A stretch of 64,000 nt of DNA from Paraspadella gotoi (lineage: Eukaryota > Animalia > Chaetognatha): contig CM119267.1 of NCBI GenBank assembly GCA_051294375.1, forward strand, positions 3,778,759 to 3,842,758, written 5' to 3'. Positions 13,711-27,908 of the stretch are shown here, piece by piece. The translations under genes were made by a program, and so were the position numbers. The stretch's first letter is position 1, and each line of letters begins with the position of its first letter. The notes beneath the pieces are model-generated. The model worked only from the letters and a program-made list of their open reading frames with translations. It ran no database searches and was not told where the DNA came from.

Positions 13711-16700
13711 TTCACTCTTCCTCTTTTGTGTGGACAAATCTTGCTTTCTTTTAAACTTCGTCGACGTTTCTCCCCGGTCGCCATATTTTTCTTCGACTTT
13801 TTCCCCAGAGAATCAGCGATACTCCACTGGAACTGCGCTTACTTCAATTAAAACAAAATTGATTTTGACGTAATGATATTCAGACAACTACTATAAAAGT
13901 TTGTCATTCAATGAATAAGCAATCCTCTTCCCTGACTTTAGACGGGATACTGTGTGTTTACTGTTTAGAGTTCTATCCCTCTTACATAATATCATAGCAG
14001 GACTCTCTCACGGTCTAGTTAAATAACACCCAGAGAACCTGGCTTTTCTATAAATGAGTTGTTATAATACTTTTATGAACTGGTTCAAATGAATAAAATC
14101 ATATTTAAGTATCATTTTTGTTAGATTTTTTAGTTTGAGAGAGCTGAGAACAAAACAGACAATCTGAGTCTAACCAATGGTTAAAAAAATTTACATTTAA
14201 AAAATATTATAAAATAATTAAATAAAATAACCTGTGAGTTAATACACTTTCTATTTCTTTGGTTTACCTTTTATGTTTCCTTAATTTTATGATTATTCGA
14301 ACTTCTTCCATTTAGTTGTTATCCCTCATGAATAGTAGCAACAGTTCACGCGCGTCCTCCGGAATTATTAGCAGAACGGCTAAAAACACCGGTGATAATC
14401 CGCCACTTACCCATCTAATCTTGAAATCCATTTAATATTTATCTGCGGTCTGAACTTACCTATTCTACATATGCCTCCCGCCAGTACGTATGACCATTAT
14501 AGTCTTACTTCTCTATACCTTGTAGTCAACCGTCACCTTACCTTAAAAAATACTTCTTTCTCCGATCTTTTCTTCCTACTGCATGATCTCGCCCACGTGC
14601 TCCATGTTTTCAATCATACCTTTTTGAGAGGGGAGTTTGTGAAAAGGGGGATTTTTTTAAAGAGGCGGTGAAAATCTGGGTGGGATGACCTAAGAGAGGA
14701 GAGAAGGGAGAGGAGAGAAAGTAAGAAGAGAGAGAGAGACGGGACGGACGAGAGGAGAGAGAGAGAGAGAGAAGAGAGAGCAGAGAGGAGAGAGAGAGGA
14801 GAGACGAACAGAGAGAGAGAGATGAGAGAAGCGGTTTTTTCGGTTTTTGAAAAATCGTTTTTATTCATGTTTAGCGAATCTCAAATTTTCTCATCGAATT
14901 TTTCTTCGATATTTTTTTTTGAATTGAAAAAAAAATCAGAGGACGAGATTCAAGACTTAAAGGTTAGTAACGTCTCCGAGAACGTATGGAACTGGGAGAA
15001 CGGATTTAACGGAGAATACGGTCTAGAAACAGAGAAACGAGGAGACATTGGAAAATCGGAAAGAGAGAGATAAAGAGAGCGAGTCAGGGTAGAGAAATAG
15101 GTTGAGATTCGAAGAGGAAAGAAGACGAAGTTGTGAGAGAGAGAGAGGCATGGAGTGTTGGAGAGAAGTGAGGAGAGAGAGGAGACGTGAGAGAAGAGAT
15201 GAGAGATTGAGAGAGAGAGAGAGATGAGAGTAGAGAAAGATTGGATATCGATATTCTCCATAAAGACCCTATTTCAGGTTAAATTTGAAATTTATTACTG
15301 GTTGATTATTGTTATTATTAATATCTAAAGGTTAGTGTTAAGGATTTAGGTTTAGAGATAAGATTTTCATAAAAAAGATTTATGAAACCGAAAGGGGACC
15401 TTTTGGCAAGCTGTGCCAAGATTGTTCTGCGGCGTGCCCGTCTTCGCCGCGAGAGTTTTTCCTTGGTCCTTTTAGAAGTCTCAGAGGAAATAATTTCACC
15501 AAGTTTAACTCACGCAACCACGCCATCCGATCGCGGCTGCGAATAAAGGAAAAATAGCGTTAAAATGAAATGAAAACTAAGAATGAAAGAGCTAAGGTCC
15601 TGACTCTGAGCAACTGAGACGAGATTTAAGAGAGAGAGAGGAGAGTGAGAGACCTGCGAAAATAAAGACGAGAACAAAAGGGGAAAAAGAAAAGTTGTTT
15701 TGGTTTAATTTTCATGAAGGGCGCCGTAGAACAAAAAGAGAAGGACGAAAAACGGGATGAGGAAAAGAAAAGAAAATAAAAAAAATAAAACAAGAACGGA
15801 AAGCAAAAAAGAAAGGAGGCGAGTGATTTCGTTTGAAAACAAAAGTAAGAAAAGAGAAAGAAAAAAAGGAAAGAAAGATTAAGAAAGACGAGAAAGAAAG
15901 AATAAGAACGAAAGAAAGATAGAAACGGAAAAGAAAGAAAGAAAAGAAGAGAAGACAAGATAAAGGAAAGAAAGAAGAAAAAGAAGAAAGAAAGAAAGAA
16001 AGAGAGTTTAAAAACCAAAAGGGGAAAGTTCCGAGAAATGACACAAACAAAGACGAAGGAAGAGAAAGGACGAAGACTAAGAAAGGATCGAGCTTTTGGA
16101 ATGGTTTTTGGTGCCGACGACGACCGACGACGACGACGACGAACGACGAGCGAGAACGGAAAAAAGGTGATCGAAGGAAGGAAAGAAGAATTTGGAAATT
16201 TTTGGACATTTTGGATGCCGATCGCTTTCGTTTTCGTTTGGGAGAATCGAATAAGGGATGGCATTCTAGGAATCTTGGGATGTACTGAGAAGATTACATA
16301 CGTACCAGGAATATTTTTTGAGAATTCTAATGAAAAAATATGAACAAATGTATTTTAATGAGATTTTTTTTAATCTAGACGGCGGAAGAAATCCAAATCA
16401 CGTTGTAAAAAGAGACAAAGGGGAAAAAAATTAAGACCAGACCGCGTATGTGAAATCAAAAGCGCCCTCCTTGGGACTAACGCTCCCCATCACCAAAGCA
16501 CGATTCCTCTCTGAACGTCAAAAAAGAAGAACGCGGCCAAGAATTCGCGCGCCGCATTGGGAAGGCGTCACATTTGTCGCCTCCTATCAAACCAAAGACG
16601 CCCGTCATGTCTGCAGAAAGCGTTTCCAGGGCAACGCGCTGTTTAAGACGACAAAACGCTCTTCCCTCTGGCGTCGATTTTGGGAGATGCGATGGATCGA

Positions 16701-18599
16701 GGTCACATTTTTTTGACATCAATCTCTTTTTTTTCATAACTATTTTTAAAATTATAACTTATGTTCCCTGCATATAAGACACTATAATGAAGTGAAGCGG
16801 TCATACGTACGTAAAAAACGGTTAAAGACATAAAAAAACATTAAACACGAACATTAATAAAAAAAACAAAAAACGGAAGTAACTTCGAAACCATTTCCTT
16901 TTTTCACAGAAAAAAAAATAAATTTAATTTTATTTTATCAAATCTTCGAAATTTTCAAAAGTTTTTTATCACGAAATCTTACAAAAAAAAAATTAATTTC
17001 CGTTTCTTGAAGAAGAGAAAACATTTTTAAGGTTCGGGAGACGGTACAGTAATGGACGTGTTACAGTAATTGACGGAACCATTTGAATTTCGAAAATGTG
17101 CACAAAAAAAGAAAAAAAAAAAAAACAAAAAAAACGTAGTGGAGGTTACAGTCGAAGTGACAATTTCTCAACGGACATCCACGTTGTCTCGATTGTTCGC
17201 TCGGGGTCCCAATCTTTCTTACTTTTCCTCTTAACTCCATATTTCTCTTTTTAGTCCTTTTCCTTTTAGGTCCTCCTTCTCCTCCTTGTCCTCCTCCTTC
17301 TCCTCTTCCTCTTCATTGTCATCTCGGTCCCAGAGCGACAAAGAGGAGATTGTTTCCTTTATTGCAAACGTGCATTCGCGGCGGATTGGATGGGAGGGGA
17401 AGTTGGGGAGGGAGAGGGAGGGGGGAGGGGGGGAGAGAGGGGGAGAGAGAGGGGAGAGAGAAGCGTGCAGAGAGAGAAGAGAGAGAAGAAAGAGGAAGAG
17501 CGAGAAAGAGGCGAGAAAAGAGAGAGAAAAAGGAGAAGAGAGAGAGAGAGAGAGAGAGAAAAGTGTAATATATTGCTAAAATTATATCGTATAAACAATG
17601 TGGGCGAGGGGATGCGAAAAGTTCAGAGAGAAAAACTATCGAAAAATGTAATTCTCATGATTAATAAGAAGCATTAAGTGCTCAAAAACGCAAAATGCCT
17701 TTTACGATGTCGAGAGGGAGAAACAAGGAAAGAGCTAATGAGAGGATATGATGATTAGTTCAAGACGAACTTGATGACGTAGAGAGAGACGGGAATAGAG
17801 AAGTGAGAAGAGATTCAACCATTATCATCCCCGATTACAAATGTCTTTTTGAATAGTCGCCGATCACTTCCTGAGCGAGTGAGTTATAGAGAGAAAGAGA
17901 GATGAGAGACATAGAGGATAGTCAAGGAAAGTGGAAGAAAGAGAGAGAATGAGTGCATCGTGCACACGAATAGCAAATCTCGTACCGTATACTCTCACTC
18001 ATCCATCAACATGCAAATGCCAATTTGAACTCTCTACTAACATAAGTGAAGACAATACAGATCAGAGAAAGGAGAGAAAGACACAAAGTGAGGAAAGAGA
18101 GGAGAAAAGAGAGAAAGAAAGGCAATAAAGACAGAAAGAGAGAAGAGAATATCAGAAAGAGGGGAGAGAAAAAAAGAGATCTGAGATCGTTTCCTTTATG
18201 GTGACGTGATTTGATGTGGATTGGCATTGGTTGAAGGGAGTTACAGGAGGAAACATGAAACACAAAAAAAATGGGTAAACGGGATACAGAGAGAGAGAGA
18301 GAGAGTGAGGGAGAGAGAGAGAGAGAGAAAGAGACAGACGGACGAAAAATCTAAAACAAAAAAAGAAAACTAAAGATTAAATCTTTTTTTTTGGTTTTTT
18401 GAAAGATTTTGATTATTTTCGTGGGAAAAAAATAGAAAACTAATTTCTCTTCTCTTTTGTTTAAATCATTGTTTTTTGTTTTGATTGAGGTAATATTTTT
18501 AATCTATTTTCTTATTCAACATATTTTTAGTTTTAATTTTACTAAAGTCTAAACTTTCGGCCCAACGAATTCCTGATTTCATAAAAACAAAAGACAAGA

Positions 18600-19715
18600 G
18601 CGACATCACCATCTACGACCGTTCGATATTCCTTCGCATCGCAGAACCAACGCCGCGAAACCGCGTGACGTAGCGCCATCAAACGTCATCCGTCGATGAG
18701 GATCGATCAGGATTACGTCACGGAAACCTGAACGACGATATTTTTTTTTACTTTTTCGCTTTTTTAAAATTTTTTTTCATTTTTTTCCCCATTTTTCCCT
18801 TTGCTTTTTTTTTAATTTTCCTGTCGCAAAATTCGTTCACATCCTGGATTTTCTCGTTACGCCAAAAAAAAAGGGGGCGCGTCTGTTCCAGCGCCATCTA
18901 CGTAAGTCAGTACGTGAGTAGATCTTGGCTGCGAAAAGGAAAGAGAGAGAAAAAAAAATGCGCCCGAAAAAAAATAGAAAAAAAAGCCTCTACGGATTTT
19001 CTTAAGGCCCGAAAAAAAATTTCATTAACTCATGATCCCATCTTTTTTATGATCCGCCATTTTGAAAAAAAAAAGAAGGAAAAAAAAATGGGAAGAACGA
19101 GAAAAGAAAACTTAAAAAAAAGAAAGAAAAAAAAAGAGACGAAAATTATCTTTCCGTGAAATAGGTCCGCCATTTTCGCTCGACACGCGCATCGTTTGAC
19201 GTCTTTCTGGCGTATTTGTGGCGTATTTGTGGCGTAGTTGTGGCGTTATTTGAGACGTTTTCGTATTTTTTTCTTCTTTTCTTTCGAAATTATTTCGTGA
19301 AAATATCGGAATTATCTCTTGTTCTAAAATAATATTTTTTTTATCAAATAAAAAGTTAAACGACAGAAATCCGATATACAAAAACTAATCAGGTTTTTAA
19401 TTTCTTTCGAAATTCGACTTTTAAAAAAATTGATCCATTTCCCTCATCGATTAAAATCTAATTTAACTTGATTTAAATTATTTTTTTCTTTCAGATTTAC
19501 GACGATTGTATTCAGCATGACACGACGTTCCTTCATGACATTTCTCCAGATTGACACCACGTTCCTTCATGACATTTCTCTAGATTGACCTGTCAAGGAT
19601 TCGTCTAGTTTTCGCCGCCATATTTCAAAAATTATCTAATCAACGATGGATGCTCTTCGCTGATTGGTCTGATTTTCAAGAATTTCCGATTGGTCGAGAA
19701 TCAGCGCGCTAAATT
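18600..19715 (+). promoter_or_regulatory. Candidate promoter region of the Ig-domain gene
   Basis: CpG-rich patches with CRE-like TGACGT/TTACGTCA, YY1-like CCGCCATTTT (x2) and ATTGG (reverse CCAAT) x2 upstream of ATG 20025. Motif-only evidence. Confidence 0.3.
19519..19589 (+). repeat. ~34-bp tandem duplication
   Basis: gacac(g/c)acgttccttcatgacatttctc(t)(c)agatt, two copies. Confidence 0.8.
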
Positions 19716-20024
19716 ACAAAACGACAAAAAAAAAATCCAAAAAACAAACAAACAAACAAAAAAAANNNNNNNNNNNNNNNNNNNNNNNNNNNNNNNNNNN
19801 NNNNNNNNNNNNNNNNNNNNNNNNNNNNNNNNNNNNNNNNNNNNNNNNNNNNNNNNNNNNNNNNNNNNNNNNNNNNNNNNNNNNNNNNNNNNNNNNNNNN
19901 NNNNNNNNNNNNNNNNNNNNNNNNNNNNNNCCAAAAAAAATCAACTTATCCGAACAGCTATAGTTATGGAAATAATATTTGCATTTCTCCAAATAGTATA
20001 ATCGGCCTCGTTCCCCCGTCAACC

Positions 20025-20250
20025 ATGCCAACCCGTTCCCTCGGCCCCCTTCCTCCTCCCACTCCTTCTCCTCATCCTCCTCCCCCTCTTCTCCCCTTCC
20101 TCCTCCTCCTCCTTCCCTCCCTCCTCCCGCTCTCTCTCTCCGGCATCGAAGAGCTCTACACGGCGATCCCGGTGGGAGCCTCGGTCTCCTTCGAGTGTTA
20201 CTCGGACAGTCCCGCCGTTTGGGTCAAACAGTCGCCCGATCTCCAACACG
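20025..20250 (+). CDS. Ig-domain gene exon 1 (signal peptide and start of Ig domain 1; cut by N-gap)
   Basis: ACCATGC start; MPTRS...LLPFLLLLLPSLLPLSLSG hydrophobic leader, then IPVGASVSFECYSDSPAVWVKQ (Ig B-strand Cys, C-strand Trp). Donor lost in gap at 20251. Confidence 0.75.
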
Positions 20251-20424
20251 NNNNNNNNNNGACGAGTGAAGCTTCGATGGCAGCAGCAAAAGAGACGAAT
20301 TTTGTGCGTCTGTTTGAGTCCGCTGCTTCAGGAGCCGCAGCAAGGGGGTTTCGATGGAAAAGAGTGCACAAATTGGCCCGTTTGAAAAAGAATATGGTGA
20401 AGAGACAATAATTATTGTTATGTG

Positions 20425-20635
20425 TTAGTGACAAAATCGTTCAATATAAGCAGTCCCTGAGCTTCGGATCAGGCTGTAACACCGAGTTACAGGCGGGTTG
20501 AGCGCCCCGTCCCTCTTAACTGCGAGGCGACCAAGGGGCTAGAACCCCGGACCTTTGAGTTGGGAGGCGAATAACTTGCCTCCGGCACCAATGGCCGCTG
20601 ATAAACGGTTGATGGATTTTAGTCCACCATAATGG
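20425..20635 (-). mobile_element. tRNA-derived SINE-like element (family 1)
   Basis: Minus-strand head GCGGCCATTGGTGCCGGAGG...GGTTCTAGCCCC with A-box/B-box-like motifs; second copy at ~23185-23406. Confidence 0.65.
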
Positions 20636-20927
20636 CCAAATAATGATATGAATCATTATGGATTCCGTTTTTTTCTATGATCGCAGTTGAATACATTTAG
20701 AAAATTTTATCTATTAATATTTTGAGTTTAATTCTGGGACATTATGCAACTAATAAATCTCTAAGAATCGAGGTGCAAGCAGGTCCGAGATAGTACCGAG
20801 TGCAATTTAACGCATTTAATGTTTATTTAATTTAAATACAATTTAAATACAATTTGAAAATTTACAAATCACGAATATCCCAATTATTTATTTTTCAAAT
20901 TGACTTTTAAAACGAATTCCACCACAG

Positions 20928-21090
20928 GTGAGCTTCTCCGACGCCGGCATCTACAAATGTTCCAACGTGATGCAAGCGTCGCTCACAGTCGTTGCCACGC
21001 CCTCTTGTTCTCCCCGGAAGTTGACGCCGACGCCGGAGAATCACGACGTGGGCGTGTCGTGCAGAGTGCGCTACGCTGGGGCGCCCCCTG
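20928..21090 (+). CDS. Ig-domain gene exon 2
   Basis: cacag| VSFSDAGIYKCSNVMQASLTVVATPSCSPRKLTPTPENHDVGVSCRVRYAGAPP |gtgagt; DxGxYxC Ig F-strand motif; ends phase 1. This frame is not in the ORF track. Confidence 0.9.
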
Positions 21091-21542
21091 GTGAGTAGTG
21101 GCGGGCGGGGAAGGGGTTGTATTGTGCAGAGGGCGCTACGCGGCCGCGGACTCTAGGGGACTCTGTATCTTTCTTTCCTTATTTCTTTCTTTCTTTCTTT
21201 CTTTCTTTAAAAATTCAAACATATCTTATTTCTAAAATTAAACAGTTAATGAGATTAGGATTGACAATCATTGAAAGAATTCATCTGTCTTACCCGTATT
21301 TTTAACTCATAGAAATTTACATGGGAAGTTCTAAGTGATAAGATGGAAGATAACTTAGACTACCCGTCTTTTCTAAAAGAAGAAAGCCTTCGTACATTAC
21401 TCAATAAGACAAGAATATGGTAATTTTTGAAGGTTCAGATTTCTGTTGTCTAAAAGGACTCCGCATTGCTACCAGGATGGAAAAAAAAGTGTCGCGGTGG
21501 TACTTTCCATTATTTTTCGGAATTTTAATGTGAGAATCATAG

Positions 21543-21753
21543 TTCTAATAACCTTTCTTTTTTTTGTGTCTATATGTATTGGGCAAAATGATTTTGTTCA
21601 CAACGAATTTTATTTTATCATTATAAAACGTACATGTTTCGGCTTTTGGATACAAGTCCTTCTTCAGCCGTCAATTGTATCCAAAAGCCGAAAACATGTA
21701 CGTTTATATGATAAAATAAAATTTCTTCTGTGAACAAAATCATTTGCCCCAAT
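21543..21753 (-). mobile_element. Second palindromic Penelope-like insertion with degenerate hammerhead motif
   Basis: ~75-bp inverted arms from 21578 to 21753; minus strand CUGAAGAAGG...AAGCC-GAAAC-AU-GUA; shares caacgaattttatt and taataa(t)cctttctttt with the 50891 element. Confidence 0.6.
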
Positions 21754-23184
21754 GTAGAATTGAAAAATAAAATTCATAATAGGTAAAAAAACTTGCGCTA
21801 CGCTTTGCTATTCATTTAAGCTGTGCTCTCATATGTTATGACAAACTAATAGGAGATTTCATGTAAAAAGAAGAGATGCATTACCAAAAAAATGCTATCC
21901 TTCATTTTTATTTTTTTTAGTATTAAACTTTTTATTTATACTCATTCCGTTCATTTTTTATTACTTTTTGAGTTTAAGCCATTACTATTAAAAATCCTAC
22001 CTTTTCTGTAGTCCTCATATCAAATATTATGCTATTATCCCATTAAGATAAATTCAGCGAATGAATCTTAATTCATATGTTACAAAAAGAACAATATTAA
22101 AAACCATTGATACTGCCTAAAATATTACAAAAATTATTTTCTCTAAATTGTAAAGATCAATAAAAAGTTATAAGTTCGGGTAACCTTTCTGTAAGCAAAA
22201 GTTACTTATTTTTATTACCATTGTCAGTTGTATTATCAACCAATCAAGTTATCAACAAAACACCAAAAATAAAAAAATTAAAGATTTTACTGAAGTGAAA
22301 GACAATGAATCTCCATATTATTACAGCCACACTCCAAGCCTGTTTTCATAAAGGATCAATCTTTTTACTATTTGCTGAAGCGACCATTTTTTACCCCAAA
22401 TCTATAAAAATATTACCGTCAGTGATATAATAATAATATGAATACTATGTATATCTTAACTCAAAAAGAAGTGAAAATAGTTGAGAACTTAGAGCAACCT
22501 CTTTGGAAGTAATCTTGAATGCATTGAATAATTTTAATGCTTATTGAGAAATTAATCATCCTTTATTTAGTCTTAAGGAGCCGTCATATTACCTTTTTTA
22601 AAACTTCATTAAATTAACCAAAAAATATATTTGACAATAAAATTAACTGGCTTTTCCAAAGCCGCGGACACTTTTTTCCCATCATGGTAAGCCTGTGAAC
22701 CCATCCTAATTTCAATTTTTTTCTCGAATTCCTAATAATTATTAAACTTAACCGACGAAGATTCTTTATCTTCATAATGAAATATTAAATAATTATTCAT
22801 TCTTTCGTCGCTTTGTCTCTACTTTCTGGTACCATCGACAAGAAAAAAAAAATACCGACCATTAAACATAAAAATACACAAGTTATACAAGTTATTTAAT
22901 ACAAAAATATAGGCCATGTCTTTTATACACGTTCAGTATCGAAACCCTTCCGAACGTAAATCCCAATCCTTGGCGGAGGGCGATGGTTGGATGATTGCGC
23001 CAGACAAGCCGAGAGAACAGCGAAACCAATGAACGACCTAACCAAGGTCGCTTTCTGTCCTAAGAGCGGACAGCGAATTTACCCCAAACGAGGAAGAACA
23101 GTCGAAGACCAGGCGAGTAAATTTAATTATAAGGGATTTTAAAAAGTAAAAATACTGAATGACATGATAATTGTTATTGTAATG

Positions 23185-23406
23185 AACAAGAACCGTTCAA
23201 AATATAAGCAGTCCCTGAGCTTCGGAGCCAGGCTGTACACACAATTGTTACAGGGGGCGGTTTAAGCGCCCCCGTCCCTCGCTTAAATTGCTTAAGGCAG
23301 CCACCCGGGGGCTAAACACCCGCGCACTTTTTGGCAGGTTTAGGGAGGTTGGAATACGGCTCCGCACCAATGGCCGCTGAGGAACGGTGGGATAGTCCAC
23401 CATAAT
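23185..23406 (-). mobile_element. SINE-like family 1, second (indel-rich) copy
   Basis: Shares aatataagcagtccctgagcttcgga, gcgccccgtccctc, gcaccaatggccgctga and tagtccaccataat with 20425-20635. Confidence 0.65.
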
Positions 23407-23569
23407 ACTAAACAATAATTATGCCAAGTATGTAAACGACCCACCAGTCGTGCGCCTGGTCGCCGACGCCATACACGCCGAGGGCCCGCGCAGGACCCCG
23501 GAGGAACGATGAAATAAAAACCTTTAATTGCCTAGAAAAACCCAGAGAAGAGAGAGAGAGAGGAGAGAG

Positions 23570-23620
<51 letters not shown>

Positions 23621-23671
23621 AAAAGTCAACGGAAGAGTGGGAAAAAACGAGGGCAAAGGAAAGAAAGATAT

Positions 23672-23707
<36 letters not shown>

Positions 23708-23872
23708 AGAAAGGAAAGAAGAAAGAAAGAAAGAAAGANNNNNNNNNNNNNNNNNNNNNNNNNCTCCAACGCGTCAAAGCGGCTCTTTTTTCATGGCATC
23801 GGGTATTTTTCTGACGTTTACGCCAGTGTTTTGATTTTTCTGTTTTAGTGGTCTTTCATTCTTACCTTTCCA

Positions 23873-23955
<83 letters not shown>

Positions 23956-24700
23956 CTCTCTCTCTCCTCTCTCTTCTCTGCCATCTGCAAGAACGACAAC
24001 GTATGTTTCACAAATTGAACAAAATCCAAATGTGATCTAAACGGAATTAAACTCCTGAATAGGAAACAGTGCGAATATGAATACACATATAAATATATAT
24101 CCCTTGATTCGCACTCAGAACAAAGTTCTATCGCTAGAGAGGATAAAGTAGTGAACAGCGGAAACAGAGATAATTTCCCAGGAAGAAAAAGAAAATAAGA
24201 AAACGTTAAATACTTCTGCACAATGACATCAATCGAGTGTTAAAATGAAGACCCGGTTGGGACAGTTATTAAATATCTTTTTTAATACGTTTTATCAATA
24301 CAAACAATTTCCTCTCTTTTATTTTATTGTCCTTCTCTTCTCTCTCTTTCTCTTAATTTTTTGTAGCTTCGTGCATCACTCTCAAAGATAAGACGTTTAA
24401 AATACACCAGAAAACGACTTTTTCTCTGTTAAAAGATATTGAAAGACTTTAAAAAGAACAAAAAAACGATTTTTTCGATGTAAAAAAAGAGAATAAAAAC
24501 ATTGTAAACCGAGCAGAAACATGTGTACCGTAGAGGAGAGAGAGAGAGATGTTAAAAAGGAGAACGAAGGCCGAAGCGTGGAACAATAAATGAAAAGGCA
24601 ACGGAAAATAAAGCATAAAAAAGCATTAGGGAAAAGCAAAGTGTGAGAGAGAGAGAGAGGGAGAGTTGGTAAGAGGAAGTATCGTTAAAGCGAGAGCGTT

Positions 24701-24751
<51 letters not shown>

Positions 24752-24953
24752 AGGCAAGTGTTACCAACCTCCTTTCGCGTCGACCATCATTTTCACCCAA
24801 ACAGTTTTTTTTTTCACAACTTTAAGAACGGACCGAGAAATAAAGAGTTAATTTGGAGGTCTTGATTAATTATCTTTTAAGTTTAATTTAGTAATTATGC
24901 ATTTAATTTAGGTACACATCAAACGGAATTAATAACACGCTAGAAAATTCATC

Positions 24954-24985
<32 letters not shown>

Positions 24986-25124
24986 CTTCCCAAAACACAA
25001 ACTGTATTAATTCACGGGTCATAACTCCGATGGCGGATCCCTATCTTTGAGGCCACGAATGTTTGACGTTCCTGTACCGAATAATATTGAGAGAGAAAGA
25101 AACAGAGTGGGAAAAAAGGAGACA

Positions 25125-25190
<66 letters not shown>

Positions 25191-25773
25191 GGACAAACAG
25201 TTTTTTCAGATTGAGTGCTTCTTTGTTTGTGCCTGCGCCTGTGAGATTGGATATCAAGGGAGAGAGGGAGAGACCGGAGGGTGTATCGGCCTCAAGTGCT
25301 ATTTTCCTTTTTTCCCTTTTTTTTTCCTCTTTTCCCTTTTTCCTCACTTTTCCTTTTTTTCCTTTTTCCTCTCTTTTCCTTTTTTTTTCTCGCCCTCGTT
25401 TCTTTCTTCGCCTCAAAGATTTTTTTCTTCAAACCAAATCTGACGATAAAGAAATCCGAAACTCGTGTTTTTATTTTTTATTAAAAAAAGGTTTTATATA
25501 TTTTTTGTATATAAAAACTAAAAGGAAAAAAAATTGTGTTTGGAGTTTTGAGGTCAGACAAATACTTCGCGGTCCAATGAATCTGTCTGAAAAAAGGAAG
25601 AAATAAATTTTGTGTTTTTAAAACTTAAAAGGTTGAATGTCTTATGTAAAATTGTACATATTTTGTCACTTTAATCGCGTTTGGACCAATATAAATTTCT
25701 CTGGCAATACTGGTGGACATAAATCAAAAGTGGCTAATTTTTAAGAAAACAAAAAAAAACAAACAAAAAAACC

Positions 25774-25971
25774 GGCTCTCTTTTCCGAGAACGCCTCAAT
25801 TCAGTTCCATTATTCCAGAACTTAATCTTAGTCTTGATATTTAACCTAAATCTGTTCTTAAATTCATAACATAATCATTAACGTTAATCCCTAACCTAAT
25901 CTTTAACAAACAAAAAATTAGCCTAATTTCAAATTTAAGAAAAAATGGGGCGCTCTGGGAAAATAAGGCCC
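25774..25971. mobile_element. MITE-like element with telomere-like core
   Basis: ggctctcttttccgagaacgcctc ... ccctaacctaa ... ggggcgctctgggaaaataaggccc; imperfect ~25-bp TIRs. Confidence 0.6.
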
Positions 25972-26346
25972 AATTTATTATCTTTTGTTTTAAAAATTTA
26001 GAAATGGGTCCGAGAAAATAAGAGAGAAAAATAAAAAGAAAAAAAAAACCCTTAAAAATTGAGACGATTCCATAAAAGAATAAAAGAGTAATGTTTACAT
26101 CTTCGGCTGCCCGCGTGGGAAGAAGAAAAAGGGAGGAGGGGGCGAGAGGAAGAGGAGGAGGAGGAAGAGGATGAGGAGGAGGAGGAGGAAGAAGAGGAAG
26201 AGAAGGAGGAGGAGGAGAAGGAGTAGTGAGTTAACTGGAGGAAATAGAAAGAAAGGAAAGAAGGTCGAGGAGACAAAAAAGAAAAGATGAAAAGGAAAAA
26301 AAAGGAAAGGTACAATATATAATGTATAATAAGACTGAAGATCATC

Positions 26347-26609
26347 AAATGTGAAATGGAAAAGAGAAAGGAAAATGATAAGAAANNNNNNNNNNNNNNN
26401 NNNNNNNNNNNNNNNAAAAAAGTTAAAAGCAAAAAAAGAAAAAAAAGAAATCTTAAAAAAAAAAGGAAAAAAAAAGGTTTTTATCGAAGAATTCGTAAAG
26501 AATAAAAGAAGAAACATAAAAATTCAGGCACATCAGGCAAAACAGGATAGGAGATCTGTCAAAAAAACTGTATACTCGTGTGATGGAAGAGAGATGGAGA
26601 GAGAGAGAT

Positions 26610-26678
<69 letters not shown>

Positions 26679-27548
26679 CATTTCGTAGGGCCTCGCTATT
26701 ATCAAAATTAAAATAAAGTTTGTGAAGTAGAAGAAATTTCGACGTCGCGAAATCTTAAAAATCTCTGCCCTTTCACGTCCTCACTTTGGAAATCACGTGA
26801 AGGAAAAAAGTCAGTGATAATAAGAATTCATTTTTAATGAGTCGTGGATGTGACGACGCTGTACCAGGTGCAACTTTGCAGTTCGATTTAATTACGTCCA
26901 CTCTTCTGTGGCCTTTTTTAATTGCCATGCAAGAAGAACAATTTACCACCTCAAGCTTGTAGATGCTCACACAAAAATCAAATCAAAAAGCACACAACAT
27001 CATCAAAAAAAACAGCAATCACACACCAAACAATCAACGAAACACACACAAAAAACACTCAAACAAAACATCAAACACATCAACAATCACCAACTCCAAA
27101 AATCACACCAGCATCAAACAACACAAACACAAACACAAACTCAAACACAAACACAAACACAAACATATAACACAAAAAAACACACACAACAACCACAAAC
27201 GGGAAAACAACGACACAAACAAAAAAAGAACATTGATCCACGACAACACCATGACAACAAACAACACAAGCAAAGAAACAACAAACACCACATCACAATC
27301 ACACAAACAACAACAACAGACACATAAACAAAATCAAATCAAAATGTGAAATGGAAAAGAGAAAGGAAAATGATAAGAAAAAAAAAAGTTAAAAGCAAAA
27401 AAGAAAAAAAAAGAAATTAAAATAAAAAAAGGAAAAAAAAAGGTTTTATCGAAGAATTCGTAAGAATAAAAGAAGAAACATTAAAATTCAGGCATCAGGC
27501 AAAACAGGATAGGAGATCTGTCAAAAACTGTATACTCGTGATGGAAGA

Positions 27549-27635
<87 letters not shown>

Positions 27636-27908
27636 TCGTAGGGCCTCGCTATTATCAAAGTTAAATAAAAGTTTGTGAAGTAGAGAAATTCGACGTCGCG
27701 AAATCTTAAAATCTCTGCCTTTCACGTCTCACTTTGAAATCACGTGAAGGAAAAAAGTCAGTGATAATAAGAATCATTTTTAATGAGTCGTGGATGTGAC
27801 GACGCTGTACCAGGTGCAACTTTGCAGTCGATTTAATTACGTCCACTCTTCTGTGGCCTTTTTTAATTGCCATGCAAGAAGAACAATTTACCACCTGCAA
27901 GCTTGAGA
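26347..27908 (+). repeat. Direct duplication (~26347-26962 vs ~27342-27908) separated by an A/C-only tract
   Basis: aaatgtgaaatggaaaagagaaagg ... gccatgcaagaagaacaatttaccacct occurs twice with small indels. Confidence 0.85.

Noticed and set aside
20261-20411. Continuation of Ig exon 1 ORF past the gap
   Set aside because: Frame across an arbitrary 10-N gap is meaningless; the peptide has no Ig features.
20545-20600. Functional tRNA gene (also 55663-55735)
   Set aside because: Cloverleaf and B-box are degenerate and run into a longer body; SINE head is the better reading.
22937-23112. Exon-like GC-richer block in Ig intron 2
   Set aside because: Stops in all three + frames; exons 2 and 3 already join in phase without it.
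26908-27349. Q/T/K/H/N-rich ORFs
   Set aside because: A/C-only low-complexity tract between two copies of a duplicated segment; probably read artefact.
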